64,000 nt of DNA from an uncultured bacterium (GTDB lineage: Bacteria; Acidobacteriota; HRBIN11; JAKEFK01). Where the stretch lies: NCBI GenBank assembly GCA_963771165.1, contig CAVYSN010000022.1:40305-104304 (forward strand). Reading direction: 5' to 3'. Both the position numbers and the translations under genes were made by a program. Of the stretch, positions 40,549 to 51,860 are shown in pieces; the first letter of the stretch is position 1; every line of letters begins with the position of its first letter. Below the pieces are notes generated by a model, which had not been told where the DNA came from, searched no databases, and saw nothing but the letters and a program-made list of their open reading frames with translations.

Positions 40549-42543
40549 ATGTCATTTCAGCTAAAAACCGAGTTCTCACCACGCGGAGATCAGCAGCAGG
40601 CGATTGAACAGTTGACCGGCGGGGTCCTGGCCGGTGAAAAACATCAAACGCTTTTAGGCGTTACCGGATCGGGGAAAACTTTTACGGTTGCTTCAGTTAT
40701 CCAGAAAGTAGAAAGGCCGACGCTTGTCATCGCGCACAACAAAACCCTTGCGGCGCAGCTTTATCAGGAATTCAAGCACTTCTTTCCTGACAATGCGGTG
40801 GAATATTTCGTGAGTTATTACGATTACTATCAGCCCGAGGCTTATGTCCCTTCGACCGACACGTACATCGAAAAAGAAGTTTTGATCAACGAAGAAATCG
40901 ACAGGATGCGGCTCTCGGCCACGCGGGCTCTTTTTGAAAGGAGAGATACCATCATCGTTGCGAGCGTTTCATGCATCTACGGTCTCGGCTCGCCCGATTC
41001 CTTTTTTTCTATGCTTCTTTCCGTGGACACCGGCTCGGAATATTCCATGCGGAAGATCCTGGAACGTTTGGGTGAACTTCAATATCAACGAACCCAGGGG
41101 GAACTGAGCCGCGGCCGTTTTCGCGTTCGCGGTGATATGGTTGAGATTTTTCCTTCCTATGATGACAAAGCAATCCGTATCGAATTATTTGAAGATAAAG
41201 TCGAAAGTATTATAGAGTTCGATCCTGTCATCAACCGCAAGATCCGGCAGCTTCGGCGGACCATCGTTTTCCCAAAGAGTCACTACGTCACTCCGCAACA
41301 CCGGCTGAAGCGTGCTATGGAATCCGTTCTTGTGGAGTTAAAGGAGCGAACGGCCCAACTGGATCAGGAAGGCAAGTTGGTGGAAGCCCAGAGACTTCAT
41401 CAGCGCACAATGTACGATCTTGCGATGTTGAAGGCGACCGGCTTTTGCCATGGAATTGAAAATTACTCGCGGCATTTGGACGGTCGGACCGCCGGGTCCC
41501 CTCCGGCCACACTGACAGACTATTTCCCGAAGGATTACCTGGTCATCATTGATGAAAGCCATGTGACAATTCCCCAGGTGCGAGGAATGTTCGCGGGGGA
41601 TCAATCCAGAAAACGAGTGCTTGTGGAGCACGGATTCCGGCTTCCGTCTGCGCTCGATAACCGACCGTTGAATTTTCAGGAATTCGAAGCACGCGTGAAT
41701 CAAGTGATTTATGTTTCAGCAACACCGGGACCTTATGAGCTGCAAAAGAGCGGCGGCGTTGTCGTTGAGCAGATTGTTCGGCCCACCGGGCTGACAGATC
41801 CTGAAATTGTAATCAAACCGATCAAAGGGCAAATGGACGATCTGCTTCATGAGATCAAGGCCCGGGCGGCGCGAAGCGAACGTGTTCTCGTTACGACCCT
41901 CACCAAAAAGATGGCCGAAGATCTCACGGAATTTCTTTCTGAATACGGTGTGCGAGTCCGCTATCTTCATTCTGAAATTGATACTCTTGAAAGAGTGGTG
42001 ATCTTGCGAGATCTGAGGCGTGGGATCTTTGATGCCCTCGTTGGAGTCAATTTGCTCAGAGAGGGGCTCGACTTGCCTGAAGTCAGTTTAGTCGCGATTT
42101 TAGATGCAGATAAGGAAGGCTTCCTGCGATCCGCAAACAGCCTGATTCAAACGTCCGGCCGGGCGGCACGGAATCTAAACGGTCAAGTGATCATGTATGC
42201 GGACATCATCACCGGCTCCATGAGAGAGGCGATCTCAGAAACCGAACGAAGACGCACGTTACAGGTTCAATATAATCAGGAGAACGGGATTACGCCTCAA
42301 TCGATCATCAAACGAATCGATGATGGAATGGGGGGACCGGAAGAGGCAGATTATTTTACGGTGCCGGTCTCGGAGGATCCCGAGCTCAAGGATGTGCGAT
42401 CCATCTCGCAGATCCATGACATGATCACGGAAGCCGAGAAGGAAATGCTCACAGCAGCGGAAAAACTGGATTTTGAACGCGCGGCAACGCTTCGCGATAA
42501 AATCAAAAGGCTCAAGGAACGCGAAATCGGTATTCTCCAGTAA
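40549..42543 (+). CDS. uvrB: Excinuclease ABC subunit B
   Basis: [31 protein letters not shown]-terminal UVR. Confidence 0.98.
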   Translation: MSFQLKTEFSPRGDQQQAIEQLTGGVLAGEKHQTLLGVTGSGKTFTVASVIQKVERPTLVIAHNKTLAAQLYQEFKHFFPDNAVEYFVSYYDYYQPEAYVPSTDTYIEKEVLINEEIDRMRLSATRALFERRDTIIVASVSCIYGLGSPDSFFSMLLSVDTGSEYSMRKILERLGELQYQRTQGELSRGRFRVRGDMVEIFPSYDDKAIRIELFEDKVESIIEFDPVINRKIRQLRRTIVFPKSHYVTPQHRLKRAMESVLVELKERTAQLDQEGKLVEAQRLHQRTMYDLAMLKATGFCHGIENYSRHLDGRTAGSPPATLTDYFPKDYLVIIDESHVTIPQVRGMFAGDQSRKRVLVEHGFRLPSALDNRPLNFQEFEARVNQVIYVSATPGPYELQKSGGVVVEQIVRPTGLTDPEIVIKPIKGQMDDLLHEIKARAARSERVLVTTLTKKMAEDLTEFLSEYGVRVRYLHSEIDTLERVVILRDLRRGIFDALVGVNLLREGLDLPEVSLVAILDADKEGFLRSANSLIQTSGRAARNLNGQVIMYADIITGSMREAISETERRRTLQVQYNQENGITPQSIIKRIDDGMGGPEEADYFTVPVSEDPELKDVRSISQIHDMITEAEKEMLTAAEKLDFERAATLRDKIKRLKEREIGILQ

Positions 42544-42630
42544 TTCACCGCGGAGAACGCAGAGAACGCCGAGACAAGAAGATTTCCTCCGCGATCTCCG
42601 CGTCCTCTGCGGTAAAAAAAGACGAATCGT

Positions 42631-44448
42631 ATGGAACGGACTCGAGAAAAATTGCTCGAACGGGTGAAGCAACTCCCGAACAAGCCCGGAGTGTACCTGT
42701 TCAAAAATAAGAAAGGCCGGGTGATCTATGTCGGCAAAGCAAAATCGTTAAAACATCGAGTGCGATCCTACTTCTACGATGTCACGGGAGGGCCGCTCAC
42801 ATATTGGATGGTTGCCGATGCAGCCGACCTGGATTTCATTGTGACCGATTCGCCTGTCGAAGCATTGATACTCGAAAACAATCTCATCAAAAAAAACCAG
42901 CCGCGCTACAACATCCTGCTAAGAGACGACAAAACGCATCCATATATAAAACTAACTGTGCACGAGGCATTTCCGCGTGCTTACATTGTCAGGCGTGTCC
43001 GCAAAGATGGAGCTGCTTATTTTGGTCCCTTTATTCCCGCCTCACTGGCCAAAAAAACGCTAAATCTAATCTACAGATATTTTCTCTTAAGGCAGTGCCA
43101 TATCAAGATTACGGATGAACCTCAACGCCTTTGTTTGCTTTATCACATGCATCGCTGTCTTGGTCCTTGTGCGCAAATGGCGCCAAAAGAAGAGTATGAC
43201 CGCGCAGTTGCGGACGTGCGAATTTTCCTGGAAGGGAAAAAGGATGATCTTCTCGCGCGACTCCGACAAAAAATGTACGAATATTCGGAACGCCGGCAGT
43301 ATGAGCTCGCAGCGAATTATCGCGATCTTGCGAATACTGTAGAGGAATTGAACACCCGCCCCAAACTCATTTCGTATGAATTGGAGGATGCAGATATTTT
43401 CGGGTATGCGCGTTCAGCGGACAATATAGCCGTGCAAATCTTCTTCATGAGGAATGGCCAGATTGTCGGACGACATGAATTCTTTTTTGAGAGTAAGCTC
43501 GTCACAGACAGCGGAAGCTTGCTGTCTCATGTGCTCATGCAGTTCTACAGCTTGCAACGTTTCCTGCCGAAAAACATCTACGTTCAGCACAACTTTCCGG
43601 ATCGCGAAGCAATCGAACAATTGTTGACCGAGAAAAAAGGGAGCAAAGTTAAGGTGTATGTGCCTGCGCGAGGTAAAAAGAAAAAATTACTCCAGCTTGT
43701 GATTAAGAACGCTCAGATTGCTCTGGAAGTCAATTCGAGCGCGGGAAGGGTACGTAGCCATGAAACCTTGAAAGCTCTTCAAGAAACTATTAACATGAGC
43801 ACGCTGCCTTATCGCGTTGAAGCTTTTGATATTTCCAATATCCAGGGAACAAATTCGGTTGCTTCGATGGTTGTTTGGGAAGCGGGGCGTCCGAAAAAGA
43901 GCGATTACCGGAAATTCAAAATCCGTGGTGTTGTCGGACCGGATGATTTCCGCTCGATGGCAGAAGTGGTTGAACGACGCGTAAAACGGGCTGAGGAGAA
44001 GGAATGGCCGATGCCGGATCTGATGATCATCGATGGTGGGAAGGGACAATTGAATGCGGCTCTGGATGTTTTGCAACGATATGGCATGAGCGATCAGCCG
44101 ATTATGGGACTGGCGAAGCGGGAAGAGGAAATATTTTTGCCGGGGCGTTCTGAATCGATCCGATTAGAGGATCGTTCACCGGTATTAAAGTTCATTCAGC
44201 AGGTTCGAAATGAAGCGCATCGGTTCGCCATTACCTTCCACCGGCAGCTTCGAAGCAAACATTCGATGGAAATGGCCTTTGATGAGATTCACGGAATCGG
44301 ACCGAAACGAAAACAAATTTTACTGCAGCACTTTGGAAGTCTTGAAATGGTTCGAATGGCGACGAAAGAAGAATTGCAGAAACAGCTCGGTCCCGTGCAA
44401 GGAGAGCGGTTGTATGGCAAAATCCACCCGGAAGCAGCGCAAGAATAA
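42631..44448 (+). CDS. uvrC: Excinuclease ABC subunit C
   Basis: GIY-YIG (PGVY, YVGKA), DISN, DGGKGQ, EAHRFA, HhH. Confidence 0.98.
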   Translation: MERTREKLLERVKQLPNKPGVYLFKNKKGRVIYVGKAKSLKHRVRSYFYDVTGGPLTYWMVADAADLDFIVTDSPVEALILENNLIKKNQPRYNILLRDDKTHPYIKLTVHEAFPRAYIVRRVRKDGAAYFGPFIPASLAKKTLNLIYRYFLLRQCHIKITDEPQRLCLLYHMHRCLGPCAQMAPKEEYDRAVADVRIFLEGKKDDLLARLRQKMYEYSERRQYELAANYRDLANTVEELNTRPKLISYELEDADIFGYARSADNIAVQIFFMRNGQIVGRHEFFFESKLVTDSGSLLSHVLMQFYSLQRFLPKNIYVQHNFPDREAIEQLLTEKKGSKVKVYVPARGKKKKLLQLVIKNAQIALEVNSSAGRVRSHETLKALQETINMSTLPYRVEAFDISNIQGTNSVASMVVWEAGRPKKSDYRKFKIRGVVGPDDFRSMAEVVERRVKRAEEKEWPMPDLMIIDGGKGQLNAALDVLQRYGMSDQPIMGLAKREEEIFLPGRSESIRLEDRSPVLKFIQQVRNEAHRFAITFHRQLRSKHSMEMAFDEIHGIGPKRKQILLQHFGSLEMVRMATKEELQKQLGPVQGERLYGKIHPEAAQE

Positions 44449-44523
44449 CTTTGAAACAAAAGATAGCAAAGGGAGCGAAGATTTAAAAATCTTTGCTATC
44501 TTCGCTTCCTTCTGTAAAAAACA

Positions 44524-45075
44524 ATGAAGATTTATACAAAAACCGGAGATGGTGGTGAAACGGGGTTGTTTAAGGGCCCACGTGTACCGAAACATGATTT
44601 GCGCGTCGAAGCTTACGGCAATGTTGATGAATGCAATGCCCTGCTTGGCTTGTGTTTGTGTTACGTCCAACATCTGGAAATCAGACAAATCCTCTCTTCC
44701 ATACAACATGAATTGTTTGAGGTCGGGGCCGACCTTGCAACACCCGCCCAACAACAGGATGATTTGCAATGGCGGATCGATGCGGAAATGACAGCGCGGC
44801 TGGAGAAAAGCATCGATCATTTTGAGGCACAGCTGCCCGCATTGATGAATTTTATTCTACCCGGCGGGTCGCTCGCCGGCGCGTCTATTCATCACGCAAG
44901 AACCGTGTGCCGTAGAGCTGAACGGAGCACGACACGTCTTGCACAGGAACAGCAGATCAACCCGGAAATTATTCGTTATCTGAATCGCTTATCCGACCTC
45001 TTATTCGTCCTTGCACGATCGGAAAACCAGCATTCGAATTCGCCGGAAACGATATGGAAGAGACGGAACACGTAG
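44524..45075 (+). CDS. pduO: ATP:cob(I)alamin adenosyltransferase (PduO type)
   Basis: IYTKTGD.G.T, AYG.VDE.N, R.VCRRAER, YLNRLSD. Confidence 0.93.
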   Translation: MKIYTKTGDGGETGLFKGPRVPKHDLRVEAYGNVDECNALLGLCLCYVQHLEIRQILSSIQHELFEVGADLATPAQQQDDLQWRIDAEMTARLEKSIDHFEAQLPALMNFILPGGSLAGASIHHARTVCRRAERSTTRLAQEQQINPEIIRYLNRLSDLLFVLARSENQHSNSPETIWKRRNT

Positions 45076-45746
45076 AACAGAAGCATCCTCGCGGCGTTAT
45101 GGACGCCGGCTATCATCAGGATCGCCTGAAGAGTCCGGGACCCCGTTACCGATTTAAACGTCGAGGGGCGGAAGTCGTACGTATTTTAAAAACATTTGCT
45201 ATAAAAAATCCATCCATCCTGGACATTGGCACTGCAGACGGCCTGCTCCTGGATCTGGTCTGTTCAGAGGCAAAACCGTTGATTGCGGTCGGGCTGGATC
45301 GTTCCTGGGGACTATTGAAAGCGAATACACGTAAGAATCCAATCCTTCAGGCAGACGCGGAAAAGCTTCCGTTCCCGAATGCATCCTTTGATGCTGCTAT
45401 CGCCACTGCGATTATTGAACATGTCCCGCATCCGGATGTTTTCATGGAAGAGATCAAGAGAATTTTGAAACCCGGTGGAGTTTGTGTCGTGACAACTCCT
45501 GTACCGCTATTTGAAGAAGTCGCTTCAAAACTCGGGTTTTTAAAAGAAGATGATCACCAGGAAACTTTTGACTTGAAGAAATTGACTGCTCTGATTGCCG
45601 GAAAACATTTCGAAATCCTGGAAGCAGAAAAATTCATGATGTCCCCGGTCGGTTTTCCAGCTGAACTGCGCATCGAGCGCATGATAAAGAAGATTGGGTT
45701 GCGCGCCATTCTCCTGAATCAGCTTGTTGCCGCAAGAAAACAGTGA
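45054..45746 (+). CDS. Class I SAM-dependent methyltransferase
   Basis: ILDIG.ADG, DAEKLPF...SFD, IEHV, LKPGG. Confidence 0.88.
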   Translation: MEETEHVEQKHPRGVMDAGYHQDRLKSPGPRYRFKRRGAEVVRILKTFAIKNPSILDIGTADGLLLDLVCSEAKPLIAVGLDRSWGLLKANTRKNPILQADAEKLPFPNASFDAAIATAIIEHVPHPDVFMEEIKRILKPGGVCVVTTPVPLFEEVASKLGFLKEDDHQETFDLKKLTALIAGKHFEILEAEKFMMSPVGFPAELRIERMIKKIGLRAILLNQLVAARKQ

Positions 45747-47371
45747 AAGCGTTTGCACAAGCGTTTTCCTCGATTGATGAGAAATCTATTCGTTTCCTGG
45801 ACATTTTTTCTTTAACGGCGATCGGAATTGCTCATCCGCTTCAGGAACAGCTTGCCGGTAATCCGGAATTCTTCATTGTTAAACATAGCGAAGCTATTGA
45901 CATAATTGCCCTCACATTGATTTTAGGTTTGCTGCTGCCTCTGATGTTTATTGGTTTGATTTCATGGGCGGGTCTGATTCAAAGGAAGGCGAAACGGCCG
46001 GCCTTTTTTTGTGTACTGTTTCTTTTATTGATGGTCATGACATCGACGGCTCTGAACCGGGTGTTTCCAATGCCTGCTGTTTTGCAACTCGTCATCAGTT
46101 CGTTTTTAGCTGCTCTGATTCTGTTTGGCTATTTACGGTTCCGGTCGATTCGATCCAGTTTTCCATACATCGGCATTGCAATTCTTCTGGTGCCTGCTTT
46201 TTTTCTGAGCAACCCTTCGATCCGAAAGTTTTTAGTCCCACCAAACATCGTTCGCGAATCATTGCCCCGAATCTCCTCCGATATCCCTATCGTTATGGTT
46301 CTCTGGGATGAATTCCCCCTTGTTTCTTTGCTGGATAAAGAAAACCAGATTGATGCCAATCTCTATCCGAATCTGTCATCTCTTTCGAAGAACTCATATT
46401 GGTTTACGAATGCAAGCACAATCTCGCCGTGGACGGGCCCCGCAGTTACCACGATCTTAACCGGCAACTATCCCAAGTCCGACACTCTGCCAACGTTCTA
46501 CGATCACCCGAAAAATCTATTCACAATGTTAGAGGGGGCCTACACCTTCAAAGTTATTGAACGACAAACGAGATTATGTCCTACCGATTTATGCAATGAA
46601 CAGTGGGTCAAGCCAGGTTTTTTGCTCAGAATGCGTAGGACGGTTGAAGATGCTTCGGCAGTGTTCCTTCACATCGTTTTGCCGCAGGCCTTTGAAGAAT
46701 CATTGCCGGACATATCGAAAGACTGGGCGGATTTCTGGATGAAGGAGGAAGATCGTCATACGGAATTTCAAATCTTTCTTGATTCCATCGATCGGACAGA
46801 AACTCCGACACTCTTTTTCATCCACTCAGGTCTTCCTCATGCTCCCTGGACTTATTTGCCCTCCTCAGAGGTTCAAAAATACGTTTTGCAAACCATGCCG
46901 GTGGCCGAAAGAAAGAACGAAAACCTGTTAGATTTTCAAGCACATCTTTTGCAAGTTTCGTTTGTCGATGAACTGATTGGCAGGCTAATTGAGAAATTGC
47001 ACCGTGCAGGTTTATATGATCGATCTTTGATTTTGATCACAGCCGATCACGGAATCGGTATCAGCCGCAAGAAAATTGATCGCACCATCACGGATGAGAA
47101 CCTTCGCGATATTATGCTGGTTCCGCTTTTTATCAAACTTCCGCATCAAAAATCCGGAAAGAGGATGGATCGAAATATCGAAACAGTGGATATCGTTCCC
47201 ACGATTGCTCAAATCCTGAATGGCGAGACTCCCTGGAGCGATGGTGCTTCTGCTCTCGATCTGACCCGCCCTGAAAGAGATCACAAAACTGTGTATTCAG
47301 GGAACAAAATTCTGCGGATCGGGGCCCACGTGAATCTGAATGGCACGTTAAAAAAAGAACTTTTCCCGTAA
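45743..47371 (+). CDS. Membrane-anchored sulfatase/alkaline-phosphatase superfamily protein
   Basis: N-terminal TM bundle, WDE, W-T nucleophile position, PHAPW, TADHG, VPLFIK. Confidence 0.8.
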   Translation: MKAFAQAFSSIDEKSIRFLDIFSLTAIGIAHPLQEQLAGNPEFFIVKHSEAIDIIALTLILGLLLPLMFIGLISWAGLIQRKAKRPAFFCVLFLLLMVMTSTALNRVFPMPAVLQLVISSFLAALILFGYLRFRSIRSSFPYIGIAILLVPAFFLSNPSIRKFLVPPNIVRESLPRISSDIPIVMVLWDEFPLVSLLDKENQIDANLYPNLSSLSKNSYWFTNASTISPWTGPAVTTILTGNYPKSDTLPTFYDHPKNLFTMLEGAYTFKVIERQTRLCPTDLCNEQWVKPGFLLRMRRTVEDASAVFLHIVLPQAFEESLPDISKDWADFWMKEEDRHTEFQIFLDSIDRTETPTLFFIHSGLPHAPWTYLPSSEVQKYVLQTMPVAERKNENLLDFQAHLLQVSFVDELIGRLIEKLHRAGLYDRSLILITADHGIGISRKKIDRTITDENLRDIMLVPLFIKLPHQKSGKRMDRNIETVDIVPTIAQILNGETPWSDGASALDLTRPERDHKTVYSGNKILRIGAHVNLNGTLKKELFP

Positions 47372-47377
47372 TGGTGG

Positions 47378-48055
47378 TTAAAAAAACTTGACTAATTCTT
47401 GAAAATTTTGCACCGAGATCCGGCCGGGCCTTTTATAACCTACAAAGAAAATACCGGCGGCTTCAGCAGCTTTTGCATCGTAGATCGAATCTCCCACGTA
47501 ACAAACATCCTCTTTCTTGAGAGAGAGAAGCTCGACTGCCTTGAATAACAGATCCGGCGCCGGCTTTGATTCAACAACCTGATCCGCACCAATCACTGCA
47601 TCCGGATACTCCATCAAACCGGCGTAATTCAAAAGATCCCGCACAACCATTGTTGGTGAATTGCTCGCAACGGCAATCTTTCTCGACGATTGACGAAGGC
47701 CTTTCAACAGGAGATCAGACCCCGGTTCGTTTCGAGCCCACCTGGTATATTCCGGAAACCTCCTTTCGTAAAAAGAATTCAACTGTTCCAGGCTCCATTC
47801 GGGAAAAAAAGCATCCCGGTCCGCTTCCGATCCTTGTCCCCATCGTTTGTGGAATTCTTCCGCTGACACGGGTGTTTTCCCTTGCTCCCGCATGGCATCC
47901 TGCAACATATGGAACCAGCAATCGTAGGAATCAACAAGCACACCATCGAGGTCAAACAGCACGGCCTTGCAAGATCGAAGAAAAGAGTCGCCCACGCTAT
48001 TGTTTGTATTTGGTTTGAGTTTTCCGGTTGAGGTAGTCAAAAAGAATGTATTCAC
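47378..48055 (-). CDS. HAD-family phosphatase (start uncertain)
   Basis: FDLDGVLVDS, SN, KPAPD, VGDS..D. Confidence 0.9.
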   Translation of the reverse strand: MNTFFLTTSTGKLKPNTNNSVGDSFLRSCKAVLFDLDGVLVDSYDCWFHMLQDAMREQGKTPVSAEEFHKRWGQGSEADRDAFFPEWSLEQLNSFYERRFPEYTRWARNEPGSDLLLKGLRQSSRKIAVASNSPTMVVRDLLNYAGLMEYPDAVIGADQVVESKPAPDLLFKAVELLSLKKEDVCYVGDSIYDAKAAEAAGIFFVGYKRPGRISVQNFQELVKFF

Positions 48056-49226
48056 CGAGGTTGTAAGGAGAGGTGAAGTAGGCTTTGCCCCGACACATTT
48101 GCGTCAATTTTTTTACAAAAGCAACGAGATCATAATCGGACGCAAGCATAAATGTGTTGATGAGAATACCCCCTTTCCGGCATTTGGACGCTTCGTCGAA
48201 AGTATGGCTGACGATCATCGGATCAAGACCGAACGCATTCCGGTAGACCTGACCATTTTCCAGTGTCATCGCAGAGGGTTTTCCGTCTGTGATCATGATA
48301 ATTTGCTTCATATCTTTGCGTTCACGTGACAGGATTCGCTGCGCCAATCGCAAACCATCTCTTGTATTTGTGTAAAATGGGCCGACTTTGACTGTCGCGA
48401 GTTTCTTCAAGGGGATTTCTTCAGCGCCATCATGAAACAGAACCACATGAAAACTGTCGCCCGGATATTGTGTCCGTATTAAATGAGCAAGCGCCAGGGC
48501 AACTTGTTTTGCCGGTGTAAATCGATCCTCACCATACAAAATCATGCTGTGGCTGCAGTCGAGCAACAGAACAGTCGCGCACGAGCTCTGATATTCAGCC
48601 TGTTGCACCATCAAATCTTCCTTTTCCAAGGGAAAAGGAATCTGTAGTCCGGCTCTCTGAATGCATTTCAGAAAAGTGGAACTGATGTCCAGATTCAAAG
48701 TATCGCCGAACTCGTACTGCTTGGGAGCTTCGGATGCTTCTACTCCTGTCGATAAATGGTGAGTATCGTGCCTGCCGATGCTGCTTCGGCCGACCGCACC
48801 GAGTAAATCTTTTAGTTTCTTGAAACCCAGAAAGTCAATGCTTTTGTCCGTGAGTTCAATTCGCGCATCCATCGGATTCTGTTGTGAGTGATCCGACTGT
48901 GGAACAATTTCGCCCGGCTCGTCGGACCAGTCGGAACCATCCTGCCTGATAAATCCTTCTTCTTCCATCCTTTGCAAAATATAGTGAATCAATTGCTGAA
49001 GCTGCTCGTCCGTCATGGATTGCGTGTTATCCCATTGCGACATTTCATCCATCAACATGTCATACAGATCTTGCATTGTCAGATCTTCATTTGTTGGATT
49101 GAAGCGGCTGTAGAAATCTTGAAAACCGGATTGAAGCAGGTGATTAGAAAGTTTTTCCAGCAGATCTTCCAGGGATAATTCAGACCAATCTTCAAAGAAC
49201 TTTGTGTAATTGGTGTACTTCGCCAT
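47997..49226 (-). CDS. vWA domain protein (partner of Mg-chelatase-like ATPase)
   Basis: DCSHSM MIDAS, YTNT, ITDGKPS. Confidence 0.88.
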   Translation of the reverse strand: MAKYTNYTKFFEDWSELSLEDLLEKLSNHLLQSGFQDFYSRFNPTNEDLTMQDLYDMLMDEMSQWDNTQSMTDEQLQQLIHYILQRMEEEGFIRQDGSDWSDEPGEIVPQSDHSQQNPMDARIELTDKSIDFLGFKKLKDLLGAVGRSSIGRHDTHHLSTGVEASEAPKQYEFGDTLNLDISSTFLKCIQRAGLQIPFPLEKEDLMVQQAEYQSSCATVLLLDCSHSMILYGEDRFTPAKQVALALAHLIRTQYPGDSFHVVLFHDGAEEIPLKKLATVKVGPFYTNTRDGLRLAQRILSRERKDMKQIIMITDGKPSAMTLENGQVYRNAFGLDPMIVSHTFDEASKCRKGGILINTFMLASDYDLVAFVKKLTQMCRGKAYFTSPYNLGEYILFDYLNRKTQTKYKQ

Positions 49227-49241
49227 GCAACACACCCCACC

Positions 49242-49265
49242 GGGCGCGATGAATTGCGCCCCTAC
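49242..49265. repeat. GTAG-type REP
   Basis: GGGCGCGATGAATTGCGCCCCTAC. Confidence 0.8.
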
Positions 49266-49278
49266 TTTCCACTTTCAC

Positions 49279-50757
49279 TTAATTGTAGTGCTTCTTCACA
49301 CGGTCGTAATTTTGTTGAAAAATCTGTTCCTGGCTTTTCTTTGCGGCAGTATAGATTCCCTTCTCTTCACTGCGACTGATTTTTTTCTGCGAACACAAAC
49401 CTTCCAGGATGAACTCGCAACCCGCAACCAGCACACCCTTTTCACCATGGCCATCCAGCCCCAGCGATGAAACTTTATCAACTAGAGTAGGCACCCGTTT
49501 AAAATCTTTTAGACACTCATCGTTCGAAGCGCTCTGTTTCACGCGCAAAGTGCCACCATTTTCAAACCAGAGGATGATTTCGCTGAGCTCTTCACCCGGG
49601 CCAAAATACTTGATGAACGTTTGACCAATGGCAGACCGTATGATGTCGCGAGCAACCTGTTCCGCACCACGCAGCTCTCCTTCATATTCAAGCTCCAGTT
49701 TCCCTGTAATGGAAGGGAGTGCCTGATAAACATCTGTGACCTTGGCCACTGGCTTTTCTTTATTGACGATGCCCCGGCGTTCTGCATTACTCACGACGTT
49801 TTCCAAACATGTAATCGGCAACCGTTGCGAAACTCCCGATCTCTTGTCGACTCGCTTATCCTTGCGAGCCTGAAAAGCCACCTCTTCAACGATCTCCCGA
49901 ACGAAGATCGGAAGCTGCGGCCCATCCTGGCTCCGTTGGGTCCATGCTTCCTGTTCCGTGATCTTGATTCCTTCATCAATGCTGGCGGGGTAATGCGTGT
50001 GAATTTCAGATCCGATACGGTCTTTTAAAGGAGTAATGATTTTCCCGCGTGCCGTATAATCTTCAGGATTCGCAGAAAAGACCATCATAATATCCAGCTT
50101 AAGTCGAATCGGATAGCCTTTGACCTGGATATCCCCTTCTTGAAGAATGTTAAAAAGTCCCACTTGAACTTTGCCGGCAAGGTCGGGAAGCTCGTTAATG
50201 GCAAAAATACAACGATTTGCGCGAGGAACTAGCCCGTAGTGAATCGTCAGTTCGTTGGAAAGCTGCAGGCCGCTTCGCGCTGCTTTAATCGGGTCGACAT
50301 CACCGATCATATCTGCGACCGTGACATCCGGTGTGGAAAGTTTTTCAACAAAACGGTTTGCTCGATGGATAAAACGGATCGGGGTTTGGTCCCCCATGGA
50401 TTGCACGAGGTCACAACAACTGCGGCAAATAGGCCTGTAAGGGTGATCGTTAATTTCACAGCCCGCGATCACCGGCATAAACTCGTCAAGCAAATTTACC
50501 ATCTGTCGCATAATCCGGCTCTTAGCCTGACCACGCAAACCGAGGAATATGATGTTGTGACGCGAAAGGATCGCATTCATAATCTCCGGAATCACCGTAT
50601 CGTCGTAGCCGACAATCCCCGGAAAGAGCACATCCTTCTGTTGTAGTTTCTTAATTAGATTGTCACGCATCTCATCTTTGACTGAACGATTTTTGATGCG
50701 TGATTCACTCCATTCCGTCTTTTTTAGATCGGCTAACGTTTGGGGTTGATGACTCAT
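49279..50757 (-). CDS. Mg-chelatase ChlI-like AAA+ ATPase
   Basis: GLRGQAKS Walker A variant, INELPDL, ANPEDYT.RGKIITPLKDR. Confidence 0.88.
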   Translation of the reverse strand: MSHQPQTLADLKKTEWSESRIKNRSVKDEMRDNLIKKLQQKDVLFPGIVGYDDTVIPEIMNAILSRHNIIFLGLRGQAKSRIMRQMVNLLDEFMPVIAGCEINDHPYRPICRSCCDLVQSMGDQTPIRFIHRANRFVEKLSTPDVTVADMIGDVDPIKAARSGLQLSNELTIHYGLVPRANRCIFAINELPDLAGKVQVGLFNILQEGDIQVKGYPIRLKLDIMMVFSANPEDYTARGKIITPLKDRIGSEIHTHYPASIDEGIKITEQEAWTQRSQDGPQLPIFVREIVEEVAFQARKDKRVDKRSGVSQRLPITCLENVVSNAERRGIVNKEKPVAKVTDVYQALPSITGKLELEYEGELRGAEQVARDIIRSAIGQTFIKYFGPGEELSEIILWFENGGTLRVKQSASNDECLKDFKRVPTLVDKVSSLGLDGHGEKGVLVAGCEFILEGLCSQKKISRSEEKGIYTAAKKSQEQIFQQNYDRVKKHYN

Positions 50758-50816
50758 GGCTTATTGCTCATTCGATTCGCTCTCCTCGAACAAGGTATAA
50801 TTCTAAGCATATTGTT

Positions 50817-50864
50817 GTAGGGGCGCAATTCATTGCGCCGGGGCGCGATCAATCGCACCACTAC
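50817..50864. repeat. GTAG-type REP inverted pair
   Basis: GTAGGGGCGCAATTCATTGCGCC-GGGGCGCGATCAATCGCACCACTAC. Confidence 0.8.
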
Positions 50865-50893
50865 TTTGGGCTGGCAAAAAGAGGTCCATACAC

Positions 50894-51826
50894 ATGAGGA
50901 TTGCAGTTTACGGTACCGGAGGCGTTGGTGGTTACTTTGGCGGACAACTCGCGTTGGCAGGTGAACAGGTTTTTTTCATTGCGCGCGGAGAACATCTACA
51001 AGCGATCCGCGAAAAAGGACTTCATGTTGCGAGCACAAAAGGTGATTTTCACATTCTGAATGCTCTTGCAGATGAAAAGCCTTCAGAGATTGGAGTAGTC
51101 GACATCGTACTGGTTGCTGTTAAAGCCTGGCAAGTTCCTGAAATCGCACCGGAATTGCAGCCTTTACTTGGCCCCGATACGTTTGTGGTTCCCCTGGAAA
51201 ATGGAGTGGAGTCCGCCGATCAACTCGTTTCCGTAATTGGAAAAGAAAGGGTGGTTGGCGGGCTGTGTAAAATCATCAGTTACATAGAAGCACCAGGGAA
51301 GATCAAGCATGCCGGCGCAGAACCATTCATTGCGTTCGGGGAATTGGACAACAGCCGGAGTGAAAGGACTCAAAAACTTTTGCAAGCCTTTCAAAGAGCC
51401 GGAGTCGCTTCGAAAATTCCGGAAGATATTCACGCGGCAATCTGGGAAAAATTCCTGTTTATTGCATCCATCAGCGGAATGGGCGCTGTCACAAGGGCGC
51501 CGATCGGTGTTTTACGGTCCATTCCTGAAACTCGTTCCATGGTGGAACAAGCGATGAAGGAGATTTATAACGTTGCTCTGGCGAATGGAATTCATCTGAA
51601 GGATTCAGTGATTTCCAAGACGATGGGATTTGTCGATCAGCTCCCGGCTTCTGGAACAGCTTCTATGCAAAGAGATATCGCAGACGGAAAGCCCTCCGAA
51701 CTGGATTCGCAGAATGGAGCGGTCGTAAGATTAGGAAAAGAAAAAAATGTGCCAACACCGGTTCACACGTTTATCTATTACTGCCTGCTTCCTTCTGAAT
51801 TGAAAGCGCGCGGAAAGATTCTGTAG
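50894..51826 (+). CDS. panE: 2-dehydropantoate 2-reductase
   Basis: GTGGVGG, VKA, ENG, WEK, SMQRD...G.PSE. Confidence 0.92.
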   Translation: MRIAVYGTGGVGGYFGGQLALAGEQVFFIARGEHLQAIREKGLHVASTKGDFHILNALADEKPSEIGVVDIVLVAVKAWQVPEIAPELQPLLGPDTFVVPLENGVESADQLVSVIGKERVVGGLCKIISYIEAPGKIKHAGAEPFIAFGELDNSRSERTQKLLQAFQRAGVASKIPEDIHAAIWEKFLFIASISGMGAVTRAPIGVLRSIPETRSMVEQAMKEIYNVALANGIHLKDSVISKTMGFVDQLPASGTASMQRDIADGKPSELDSQNGAVVRLGKEKNVPTPVHTFIYYCLLPSELKARGKIL

Positions 51827-51860
51827 CGCCGGCGGGCTCGCCGGCCAGGCGGCGATACCA

